DNA of 60,000 nucleotides from Lama glama. Its lineage: Eukaryota. Positions 13,711 through 24,947 of the stretch are shown here, in pieces. Within the stretch, counting starts at the first letter, position 1, and every line of letters starts with the position of its first letter. Location of the stretch: the NCBI GenBank assembly GCA_028534125.1, contig CM052816.1, positions 100,752,001 through 100,812,000 of the forward strand. The letters are read 5' to 3'. The translations under genes were made by a program, and so were the position numbers. The notes beneath the pieces were generated by a model, which was not told the DNA's origin, searched no databases, and saw nothing but the letters and a program-made list of their open reading frames with translations.

Positions 13711-13999
13711 GGAGATTCAAAAACGTTACGCTTGCTCCGGCGAGAGGGAGAGGCAGAGACAGAGACAGAGGGGGGAGAGACCGGGGCGCTGAGGTCCTGG
13801 AGCAGAAGGAGGGACCTACCGGGGGGCACAGGAAGTCCCCTGGGGCACTGCTCCCGGTGCTGAGACCCCCATCGTTGCAGGGAGCCCCTGGGCAGTTGCT
13901 TCCGGAACGTGGGCTTGCCTGAGACGCAGCTGTCCTCGGCAGACGTCAGCGAGGGTCTGAGAGACAGAAGCTCTGCTTGGAGTTCTTCTCAAGTGCTGT

Positions 14000-14115
14000 C
14001 ATATATTTTCGTTGAAGTACAGTCAGTTACGACGTGTCAGTCTCTGGTGTACAGCAGAATGCTTCAGCCATATATATACACACATGTATTCGTTTTCATA
14101 TTTGTTCTCAAATGT
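14000..14115 (-). mobile_element. Short 3'-terminal fragment of a camelid/cetartiodactyl L1
   Basis: ttgaagtacagtcagttac...tctggtgtacagca...tattcgttttcatatt is the reverse complement of the typical L1 3'UTR end. Confidence 0.75.
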
Positions 14116-15639
14116 TAATGAGCATAGGAATCCTGAAAACACTTGACTCTAACCCTGGAAGATCTGCTCAGTTTCACAGGCCTGAGGATAGAGGCCCCCA
14201 GTCTGCAGAGATAGTAAGCACCCAGGTGGAGATGCAGGCATGGGGACTGGGAGAGCAGCCGACGTGTCAGAATCCGACGAGCCTGCGTCCTGGGCGGAAG
14301 CTGGTCCTCAGTCCCCAGACAGACCCCGAGCCCCAGGGGTGTCCTGGAGCCCCAGGGGTCGCTGAGCACAGCCCACAGCAGGCACCTGCCCTCCGGTAAG
14401 TGGACCACCGTGGGGGAGCCCAGATCCCAGCCTCCCTCACTCCTCTCTTTATCAGCTTCTGGAGCCAGAGTCCAGGCTGCGGGCGCAGAGGCAGCCTCTA
14501 TGCGCTCCTTCAACCAGACGTGCCTCCCACAAACAAAAGAAGCTGATGTCGTGAGCGAGGCACCATTGGCGGGTCCCTGGAGGGAGGCTGGAGGGCAAAA
14601 CCAGGGGCTGTTCCAGGTCAGCGCCGCTCCGATCCATAAATGGATTCCAAAATGGCAATTCATTAAGTCACTTACATGTGAACGAGCACCTGCAACTTAA
14701 GCAATGCCTACGTCACCTCCTGTCAATAGCCTGTCTATTTTATCATGTGTTCCCTCCTGGCAAAGAGGTAAACAGTTCTACCCATTCTGGCTGTTTCTGG
14801 GAAGTGGGCACGGACTTTCCAGGAAACAGGTAAGGCGTGAATGATATTCCTGATAATATCAGCATGTAATTATTCTCGGAAAAATGGAAGTAACCTATGT
14901 TCTATCTAACCCAGGGAACAATGTGAGACAGACATGTAAAATTAGGAACATTTGAACACTTCTGACAGACAGCTGATAAAATTGCTAAACAAGACTATTC
15001 ACTGAAAACCGAGGTCGGGCCTTCTGCTCTTCCCGTCACTGAGAAGCGAAGAATCACGCATGTCAGTGAGGTCGGTGTTGCAGCTCACTGCCTGGTCCAG
15101 TCCGCTGCTGGGGAGGGGCCGGGGGGGCAGATGGAGACTCAGTCCTGGGATTGGTCTCAGCCTCCAGTGGCCTTGGAGAGAGACAGAGCTTGCACATCCT
15201 GAGATGCTATAAAGTTCCCAAAGACAGAGGAGCATGGGCCAGCTGTCCAGGAAAGAACAGGGGTGCAGGGAGGTGTGTGGGGACCTCAGAGACCTGCAGG
15301 AAGAGAAGCCGTGTCCTGGGCGGGTGATCGCCATCAGGGCCAGAGACGCAGGCGTCGGGGTCTCAGAGGGACTGAGCGGTAACATACCCCAGAAAGAGAG
15401 CGAAATGCGACCTGGATAGTCAGATGTGTGGCCTCCGACGGCCAGGGCTCTGATGCGCTCGAGGAGCCAGGTGGCACAGACACCCCTCTGGACCAGGGGA
15501 CACTACAGGCAGAGCCATATTTCAATGTGACAACAGAGGAGAGATCTTGACGACGGATACTTGGAGCACTTCCCTGGCCTCCACCCAACCACCCCGAATA
15601 TTTCTGCTGCCAAACCCCCCCAAAATAAGCTTCTGCATG

Positions 15640-15870
15640 GCCAAAGAAAACAAAACACACAAACAAACATCAGAAACAAACTCAAGTGGCAAGTTAAGAA
15701 CAGGATTTTTTTAATTCCTATCAAAGACAAGGCTTAGTACACCTTACATACAAAAAGCCGCAGGAATCAGGAAGGAATGAATAGAAAACCCAACAGCAAA
15801 ACAGGGAAAGCTCATAAACAGGAACACAAAGGGCCCTTTCAGGACAGTAAGCCCCCGGCAGGTCAGCCAT
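15640..15870 (+). mobile_element. Old L1 (L1ME-like) ORF2 3' fragment
   Basis: A-rich, with tcaaagacaaggcttagtacaccttacatacaaaaagc and aaaacccaacagcaaaacagggaaagctcataaacagg resembling the L1 3' ORF2 region. Confidence 0.55.
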
Positions 15871-16189
15871 CGCACCTCCTGTAAAGCACAGCCGGCAGCC
15901 GGCCGCGGGGAGAGCGTGCGCGCCCACACGCGACCGCTGAGCCAGCCCTGCGCGGGCCTCGCGGCCCCGTCTAAGCGTGGCGGTCTGCGCATCCCTGCCG
16001 GGGCCGCCACGGCCTCACTCCGTGTTGGTCAAGCGCATATCACAGCACTCCAGTGACTGCCTGCTCAGCAGAGAACCCGTTTTCTCTCTTGAGCACTGAA
16101 ACTTATTTTTTTGAGCACCTATTTTTTTTACAATGTTGAGAGTAAATAATTGCATAATTATACTACATTGATTCCCTACAGATTTATTC

Positions 16190-16530
16190 TTTTAAATTTT
16201 TAATTGTAAAATAAAACCCTCTGAAACAAACATACTGCATCACAAGTCGCCCAGGGTGAACGCCCCACAAGCACAACCCAGGCCCGGCGGCCGCAGAAGC
16301 CCCGTCCCGTCACAGCAGCCCCCGCCAGCAACTCTTGCCCTGGGCTCCACAGAAGCCACGTTGTCATCCAGGGCACTCCCCTAGTGCTGCCGCTCAGCCC
16401 TCCCCATTTCTGAACTCGTTAGGCTTTCTAAGTTTTGTTCCATCCACAGATCCCCTCTCCAATTGCTTTTTCACTTTTTTGTTGGAATAAATTCAATGAC
16501 AAGATTCTTCTTACACGCTGCTTGGCTCCC
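16190..16530 (-). mobile_element. Old L1ME-type 3' end fragment
   Basis: ttttaattgtaaaataa... followed by a degenerate L1ME 3'UTR-like layout; heavily diverged. Confidence 0.4.
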
Positions 16531-17439
16531 CGGAGCACTTCACGTGAGGAGGGCAGGCTGGGAGGCTGACCGCTGTCCTTTGCTCAGGAGTTGCCGAGAT
16601 AATCAGTGGGTTCCCTGTCACCCCTGAAGGTCATGTATTGCTTTTGAACGGTGTTAAGAACCGTGGGTTTACACACTGCTGACAGCTTGTCACTAGTTGA
16701 CACTGTTATCGTTTCGGAAGCTCACACGTCCCATCCTTGGCCAGGGGAGCAGATCTGAATTGGCCCTTGTGTCCTTCTGACGTGACCAAGAGCCATTGAT
16801 GGCCTCCTTGCTATCCTCCGTAACAGCATATTCCAGGCTCCAGGCCGGAAATCAGACCCCCCGCCCCAGGAATCCAGCTCCCTTTTAGCAGGAGAGGGTC
16901 CTTCAGAGCCAGCATTCCCGGGGCTGGGGTGCTCGCTGCTGATGGCCTGTGTTCCCAAGCCTGCAGAGAGAACAGCGCTGTGATGTTCATTCAGAAAGAC
17001 TAGCCGCCTCTGGGATTCACACTGGTATTTCCACCCAGAGCCAGGACCACGGAAAGGGGTGCATGTTAGACCCATCCACGCTGAGTCCTGCTGCGAGATG
17101 AGAGGGCGTCGTGTAGTTAGAGTGCCTCGCAGCTGCTCACTTACTTTGCCCCACGTAAAAGACCAGCCCCGGGCTGTCAGGCGGGGTGACACCAGCTGGA
17201 GGAAGGCTCTGCCTGTGTCTGCAGACATCCTCCCTCCCAGCTCTGGCGTGGTCTTCTCAGCCCTGCTACACGCTGATGCCGCCAGTCCTCCGTCAAAGCT
17301 GCTTTGTTGCCTCCTGTCGGTTCTCAAGTAGATTTCCCGGAAAGGGCTCAGGGGCACAGCTTCACGCAGGCCGTTTGCGTGTCGGCAACAGACAGCAGGT
17401 AAGTAACAGGAAGTGTCTACAAAAGCGTCCGCCCTTATT

Positions 17440-18200
17440 CTCTTTTCCTAAACATACCAGATACGTGCACTCCACTCACTTCGGGCATGAAGTGTTGTTG
17501 TTGAACCGGGTGAGAAAATAAAACATAACTTCTCTGCCTTGTGAATGACTTGTAATTTTTGCCTGGACCCCAAAAGGAGTTTTTGTTCTTTTTCTGTCAA
17601 ACCCAGGACTTGCACTGAAATGGTCTTGATGTTGCCTTTTGGGTCCAGATCCTGAGACAAAAGCTCTGCTCTTTGACTACGTAGCTTCAAGTTCTCTCTC
17701 TTTTTTTTTTAATTTCAGGAATATTTTCTCGAGTTATAGTTTTTAGTATTTCTCCTGTTTCCTTTCACTTCAGCTTTTCTTCCCAGGCACCTGTATTCAT
17801 GTTAAGCTTTCTCTTTGCTTAAATTCACTATTTGTCACTTCGAAATCCTTTGACCTCTCAATTTTTTATTAGTGAAAATTTTCCTGCTTCTATTTCAGTG
17901 TTCATTCATCTATTTCTTTTCGTTTATCATTTATTTCTGATTCTCTTATTCTAATTATTCCCTGTTTTTTCCACCTCATTTCTGTGTGTTTCTGATTCTG
18001 ACTTTTGTTGCTCGTTTCCCACCTTGCGTCGTCTCTCAGGGTCTCTCATTGCAGTTTGGATGAGCTTGCGGGGGCTCTCATTTGCCCGCTTTTCCGCCCC
18101 TCTTCTGTCCTCATAGGGATGTGATTCTGTTCCTCCTTCCTTCCTTATTAAAACTTTGCTTGAGATTTGGCCTCAGTAGCTGTCTGTTCTCATTTCTATG
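17440..18200 (-). mobile_element. HAL1 / ancient L1 ORF1-region fragment
   Basis: T-rich tract with tttcaggaatattttctcgagttatagtttttagtatttctcctgtttcc, resembling antisense HAL1. Confidence 0.6.
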
Positions 18201-19582
18201 TGGATTCTCTGTTCCCGGCCTGGAGGGCGGGGGCACGGGGCGGCTCCGTCTTCACGGAACCCCTGCTGCTGCTGGCCCTCAGCGATGGGATGGCTGCTGC
18301 TCACAGGGGCCCCCGGCTCTGCCCCTTTTCTCTGGGGCAAATCTTCTTTCACCTCCTCTTCTCTCCTGCTGACTTCCTTTGGTCTCCGGAGAAGGCGCCC
18401 AGTCTCAGAGGAAACCCCGCGGGGCTGGATGGCCGGCCCACGTGAGTGACAGGCCCTCCCAGCATGTCTGTGCTGCCCTCCCGGTGGCCTGCGGGGCTCT
18501 CTGGGAGCACCTGCAGGGGCCCGTTTCCTCCTGCCAGGTTCACAGACGCCTGCTATGCCCTCTGCTCCCCTCCACCTGGGCACTCACAGCCCGCAGGTCT
18601 CGTGGGAACCGCCCGTTCATCCTCCTGTGCACGCACCCGGGGTTCATGGCGTGCCTTGTCCCCCCGTTTTGTTGCGACAGGTGCTCGTCAGGTTCTTTTC
18701 TGCCACCTCGCTGCCCCGCCTCTTTAACACGTCGAATGAGAGCAAAGGCCACTCCACAGCGAAGCCACATCTCCCCAGCTCTGTCTGCCCCTTTCAGTAA
18801 ATTGGAAAAAATAAAAGGAGAGTTTAATTAGTCTCTGAACTCCTCTTGCAAAAAAGATTCAGCCCAAAACGTAACAGAAAAGCTGAGGACTCTGGTCCTA
18901 CGTCCCGAGTGTGTCCATTCATTTGAATAACAGATTGAGTTACTGGTTAGTCCAGTTTAGAAGAATTCTCATGCTGGGACTTTCGGGTTCTTAAATCAGA
19001 AACAAGCAAACACGGAAGATGTTCCGCCTCAAATCTGCTTCTTTTTTATGCGCTAAATAACACATGTCCTCCCGCCAGACCACTTCTCCTTGGTGAAGAC
19101 GAATTTCACAACCGGGGTTCAGGGCTGCAGCTCCCCCACTCTCCCGCGACAAGGTCCAGCAGCAGAATAAATATTTTTCCTTCAGCCAGCAAAGGAAACA
19201 CGGCTCCTTTGCTGCTTCTCAAGCGGTGTTTGCTTTTAGCCCCGAGCTCTTTCCCAGACGCTCGAAGACCTCTTAGCGCCATCGGCCCGGAGACGAGGCG
19301 GGTCTCGGGCACACTGGCTGCTTTCTTTCCCTGCTGTCCTTACAGAGACGGTGATGTTCTTGCTTTATGTGACTTTCAATGTTTACACTTTTCAAGTGAT
19401 AAAACGATTACTTATGACATCTCACTGAGAAAAATCGGAAAATCTAGAAAAAGGTAAAGAAAGTAAAAACCAGCTACAATTAGAAGGTGTCAGAGTTTAC
19501 ATCGTCTTTTCTCCCCCGTTTACAGGTAACGATGAAATAATCACTTTAGCTCTTAACATAAGCTCCAGGCAGCCTCCTGCGT

Positions 19583-19903
19583 CAGGGTCAGCGCGCCGCC
19601 GCGCCTGGACCACTCCGGCTGCGCTTGCCTTTGTACGGCCCCAGGCTCGGAATGGATTTTACATTTCCAAGTGGCTGACAAAAAGTCAAAATAAGAGTAT
19701 TTCATGACGCGCAAAAATTAATTGCAATTCAAATTTTTATGTCCATAAGTAAGTTTTCTTGGCACGGTCCCCGCATCTGCTTGCGAATCGCCTGTAGCTG
19801 CTTTTGAGCTACAAGTGCAGAGCAAACCCGAGACGCGGAGGGTGCAGCCCCCGGAGCGAAGGATGCTGCGGTCTGGCCGGGCCAGACGTTCGCAGACTGC
19901 GGG
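19583..19903. mobile_element. MER58B-like hAT-Charlie DNA transposon (MITE)
   Basis: tttgtacggccc..ggaatggattttacattt, tatttcatgacgcgcaaaaattaattgcaattcaaattt, tgtccataagtaagttttcttggcac and tagctgcttttgagctacaa follow the MER58B consensus over about 320 bp; termini are degenerate. Confidence 0.8.
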
Positions 19904-20639
19904 CTGTGCCCTGGGCTCGGGCGTCCTCCCCGCGACTCTGGGAGGCAGACGTCTGCTGGTTTTAATCTCCGTTTTCACATGCAGAAAGTGCATACACTAG
20001 GGAGGCAGACAGAGCGGTGGATTTAGGGATTAAGTGCCCCCCAAGTATCCCAATTAGGAGCCACGCCGCGCTCCCCCCGCGCTGAGACACTCTGCTGCTT
20101 CCCCAGTACCTCCTATGCATCAAATTCACGTACTGAAAGCAGATTAGAGATTACACTGCACGTGTTTAATCTAACGGTACGTTGCTATTCTCGTCCCGCG
20201 GTGTCGAACGGCGTTTAAGATTATGAAAGCCCCACTGCGCCTTGGGACCACGACGATGGGATCAGAAAGCGGCACTGCTCTGTGAGACGCCGAGTCACCT
20301 TTACTTGCTGGCTGTGACAGTCACACCAAGCAAGTTTCTGCGCACACCTGTGCTAACAAAGCCTCCGCTCGCATCGACTTCTTTCTCCGGGACACGTTCT
20401 CAGACTCCAGCGAGTGGGACACGCCACTTCAGCACCTTTCCGGTTCTTGAGCCGTGTCTCCAGCCGTCTCGCCACACAAGGTGGCTCTCTCTTCATTCCC
20501 GCCCGCAGGCTGTGTGAGCGTCGTGCCCCAGCCCTGGGCTGCACCCCCGAGCCGCGGAAGCCACCCCAGCACTTTGCTGGGAGTCAGCACGTCCTGTCTG
20601 GTTGCGGGGTCCTGCGCTGCTCCGGAGATGAAAGGCCTT

Positions 20640-20790
20640 TTTGGCATTTGGGGGTGGAGGGTCAGTTTCCTATTGATTTTTTTTTGCTCGTATTTTCCAT
20701 TGCTTTTGTTAGTTTTAAATGTACATAAGAGAACTCCTTGTTTTCAACATCTTAACCTTTTATCTGTCGCATCTGTCAAAAGTGTATCTC
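20640..20790 (-). mobile_element. Old L1ME fragment
   Basis: tttgctcgtattttccattg...taagagaactccttg...ttaacctttatctgtc resembles antisense L1 ORF2 3' region. Confidence 0.45.
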
Positions 20791-21619
20791 TGCTGGAGGC
20801 TCTGGCCTGCTGCCGTCAGGCGCGGGGCGTCCCGGCCCGCTTGGGGGAATGAGTGCCGTGTCACAGCCCCCTGCTTTCCTCCGCTCTTCGGTTGTCCGAG
20901 TTTCATCCCGCTCCGTCCGCTTCCTCCGTCCAGCCCGCGTGCCCCTCCCAACCCCCATCTGCGGTCCTGGGAGCCACGGGGAGGAGACTGTGCTCCCCCC
21001 AGGCCGGGCGGGCATCTCCTGTGTGGGAGGCTGCCTGGGTGGAGGACGGGCTCAGAGGGCAGGGCTGCTGACTGCAGAGGAGGCGACTGTGCCCTTTCCC
21101 CAGCTCACCTTGGGGCCCACGCCCTGTGTGCTGGAAGCTCTCACCTCCAGCATGTTCGGACGGACACCCTGAATCGAGAGTCTGGGGGGGTCCAGTGGCT
21201 TCTCAGTGCTTTTCTGTATTTGCTCCTCTGCTGCCCTTTGCATCACAAACTACAACAGAACCAGCAGAACCGAACCACGGGCCCTTGTCAACACAGCAGG
21301 CACTTCAGCCGGTGCCCGTGCCAGGGGACTGGAGGCTGGGGAGGCCCAGCCGCCCGGGCGCAGGGTGGCCCCCTCCTGTGGGAGGTGGAGACCATCCAGC
21401 ACCACGAGACAGTCACAGGCATGAACAGAGTGACTCAGGCCTTCCTGGGGCTGGTCTCAGAGATCACGGGTGGTTCTAGAGGACTCTGGATTCCAGAATC
21501 AGACCATCAGAATTCAAATCTGGCACCCAGCATGACCAGGGCCCGGACCCAGGGCACGTCGTCCAGGCTCTGAGCCCATCTTCTAATTCGCAAAGCGCAG
21601 GTCCCAGCAAAGCACCGCT

Positions 21620-21860
21620 TCCAGGTGGCGGGCCGGCGCCGGCACGCGTGGGTGAGGGAGAGCGGGCCGCTCGGCTGCTCGACGGGAGCGGGTGCCTGGG
21701 GCGAGCCCGAGGCCGTCCCGCGCGCACTCTGCAGCGCGGGCTGGGCCGTGGCGTGGCCGTCTCTGCAGCGCGCTCAGCGCACCCCTCAGCCGGACCTGCA
21801 GCAGCTGCCGAGCGCGGGGGTCTTGGAGAGCAAACCGGAGCCGGCGGGCAGGACAGCCGG
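21620..21860. other. CpG-dense, GC-rich patch (CpG-island-like)
   Basis: Very high CG density (ggcgggccggcgccggcacgcgtg...gtcccgcgcgcac...gcagcgcgctcagcgc). No associated exon or TSS evidence. Confidence 0.55.
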
Positions 21861-24547
21861 GAAGCCAGGCCCCTGAAGGGGAGGGGTTTGGGGAGAAAGA
21901 GTGATGCGTTCTTACTCACAGGGAGGCACTGAAATTACTCAGAACAGAAGGAAAATTCTTGGCTGTTGAACCTCAGGTTTACGAGATCAATCTTTTACAA
22001 GAGAATGAATTTCGAAAGATTGATTAAAGCCCACTGAGCTTTTTAGCACGTTGAGAAAACTCCGTGAAACGGGCCCCCTCTTTTCCGTAGGACTTGAGAA
22101 ACCTCTGCACTTTCGTTCCCGACGCACCCCCTCCCCGTCCGGGCGCTGCCCTCTTGTTTCCCGCGTGTGACCCCCGCGACACTTTCGTGAGCATCTGCTA
22201 TGATTCCCTCCCCTCTCCTTTCCTCTCCTGTTCCTACAAGCTGGCCTGAATAAAGGAGTCACTATCAGCGGGCCCACGATGGACACAGACACCTCAGTGA
22301 GAACGTTGTGCAGATGAAATGTTGCTCAGTCCCCTGTGAGCAACAGCGTCCCGTGAGAGGAGCGGCCGAGGCCAGCGGGTCAGCCACGCTGGCCACAAAT
22401 GGGGCGCTCGCAGCCCCAGCGTGCGAGGATTATGGTTACTCCCGACAGCAATAACCATCAGGCGCCCTTTCTTTACTGACCACAATCGGTGATCGTCTGC
22501 GGGCTACACATTGAAAATTCACTTTACAAACCAGAACCCCGATCGGATTATTTGCTTTCTTCTGGTGACTGCAGAAAATTAACCCCCGAGACATCCACGG
22601 GCAGTGGGACCCCAAGGCCTGGGGGGTGTGTCCAGGAGCGAGAGTGCAGTGAGGAGGCCGGCAGGAGGCGTCCATGGGTCTGCACAGCACAGGCCGCCCC
22701 GAGAAGGAGCCGTGTGCCCTGCCCAGGCCCCCATTGCTCTCGCCGGATCTGCAGGCTTAGAAGCCCCCCAACCCCGGGGGAGCAGTCAGCTCGGATGAGC
22801 AGCGGCAGCCAGCGCGACTCTCTCAGACTCTGGCACCCAGGACACCCAAGGACACCAAAGGTGACTTGGCCCCAGCTCGCTGCTGGGAACAGACTTAGGT
22901 GTTAGTCCCCTTAAGCCTTTGTAGGTGGTGCATTCAGGAAGACGTCCCAGCCTTGGGTCTCCATCAGTCAATGCACCTGCAGGGAGAGCCTTCCGCTCAG
23001 GGAACTTCGGACAGTCCCCGGACACCTCGCGGTGACCACACCCACTGGCCGTCTCTGGAAGAAGCGGCCCCATGGCCAGCGGCACACATCACCGGCTCTG
23101 AAGTCTCGCGTTTGTCCAGACCAGCCTGGGTCCTGTGCGGCTCCTCTGGTGTCAGCTCAGAGTCACCACCCCTCTCCCAGGCCACCTCCATCACAGAAGG
23201 AAACGGGGGACCCAGGCAGGAAAGGGGGACTCTGCACACGGCAGGTGTGGGGCAGAGTCTCCCAGGTGAGGTCTGGCAGCCCCGGCCCAGAGTGGGGGCC
23301 GGTGGTGCTCCCCTAGTGCCCGAGGGTGCAGGGACACTGCCCGCTTGGCTGAAGTCCCAGTGGTGCTCTGCTGCCCGGGGCCCACGGCCTCACCCCGGTG
23401 GCCCGAGGCCCCAGTCTCCTGCCCGAGGCATTGCGTTCTAGACGCACACACTGGCCTCCGTCCTGGCGGGATCCCGACAGAGCCAGCGAATCTGCGTAGA
23501 GGGACTCAGTTCAGTCCTGGGCTCAAGTCCCATTTGTATTTTAAAGTTAAATGTCAAGTCACACATCACAGGGCGGCAGCTGGCGGGCACTGAGCAGTGG
23601 GCAGACCCGCGAGGCGCTCGGGACGCAGCCTCTGTTATGGCAACGCAGCACTTCCCAACCCGGAGCGACCTGGCCCCCGGGGGTGCTCTGGGTTCTGGGA
23701 GGTCCTGGATGGAGGTGGCTTGGGGTGGAGCCCTCGCCTCGCACACGACCTGGGGCAGGTCCTGCCTCCCATCTGAAGCCTTCACAGCCTCTCAGAGTTC
23801 ACACACACACCCCCTCGGACCCTGGCTGAGCCCGAGCTGGGACTGAGAAGAGTGGCTGCGGGATTCTCAGTGTAACTGACTCCTGGGGCCTCAGCGGAGG
23901 GGGCGCTGGGGCAGTGGGTGGGGACGGGACCAGGCCACAGCCGCCGCGATGAAAGCATGTGCACGCTAGTGCCACCACCAAGGCGACCTTCTCAGTGACC
24001 CGCCCTGGACAGCGCACGCTCTCCGGGCCTGGCCACCTCTCCTGGGAGGGACCCGTGGTAACTGGGTCACCTTACACCTGCGAGGTCCAAGCTCCCGTCC
24101 AGTCCGCAGACAGCCAGCCAGGCTGAGCCAGGCCAGCAGCCCCCACCCAGAGGCGGGTCCCACACTACCCAGGGTCTCTGTGCAGCATCTCCTAACCCTC
24201 CGAGCCTCACTCTCCGAGGTCCTCAGCTCTCTTGTCTGCAAAGTCCTACCCACCTCGCGGCATTGGCACTGGGATGAAAAAGACCACAAATGTAAACTCT
24301 TAGGAGGGTGCGTGCAGTGGGGGCCCCGCCATCCCCCGCCCTTCCCCCGTCTTCCCTTTCTTCCTTGTGCATCCCTAACCTCAGGGTAAAATTCAGCCGG
24401 AAGGGGACAGGCCAGAGGAAGGCAGCACCCTAGATCCTGGAGGGCAGGAGGCCTCGTCAGGAAAAGCCCGGGGCTCTCCAGGTCTTGCAGGGCCCGGGGC
24501 CCGGCACGCGTGTGAGTTTCCTCACAAAGATCTGCGCGCACAGGGTT

Positions 24548-24947
24548 TGTGGCTGAACTGTGTCCCCCACATTCTTCTGTTGGAGCCCAAACCCCCAGCA
24601 CCCCAGAGTGTGACTGTCTTTGGAGACAGAGTCTTTAAAGAGGTAATTATGTTAAAATGAGGTCATACAGGTGGGCCCAAGTCCAAAATGGCTGGTGTCC
24701 TTGTAAGAAGGGACGAGGACACAGACAGGACGGAGGGACGGCCACGTGAGGACGGAGAGAAAAGACGGCATCTGCGCACCAAGGACAGAGGCCTCGGAAG
24801 AACCCAGCCCACCAGCGCCTCAACCTCCGACCTCCACTGCCGATGCCTTGACCTCCGACCTGCAGCCCCAGACTGCGAGGAAACATGCGTCTGCCGTTGC
24901 AGTGCACTGTCCGTGGCTGTGATGCCACCCAGACAGACTGACCCACA
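24548..24947 (+). mobile_element. MaLR solo LTR (MLT1A/B-like)
   Basis: tgtggctgaactgtgtccccc..., gtgtgactgtctttggagacagagtctttaaagaggtaattatgttaaaatgaggtcat, ggtgtccttgtaagaagg; ends ...gactgacccaca (TG...CA). Confidence 0.88.

Noticed and set aside
20719..21573. Longest ORF (284 aa) and other long ORFs (2422..3174, 4495..5250, 32405..33187, 48509..49294)
   Set aside because: Pro/Gly/Arg/Ala-rich, overlapping in several frames on both strands, often with non-ATG starts and no recognisable domain. Expected in GC-rich DNA.
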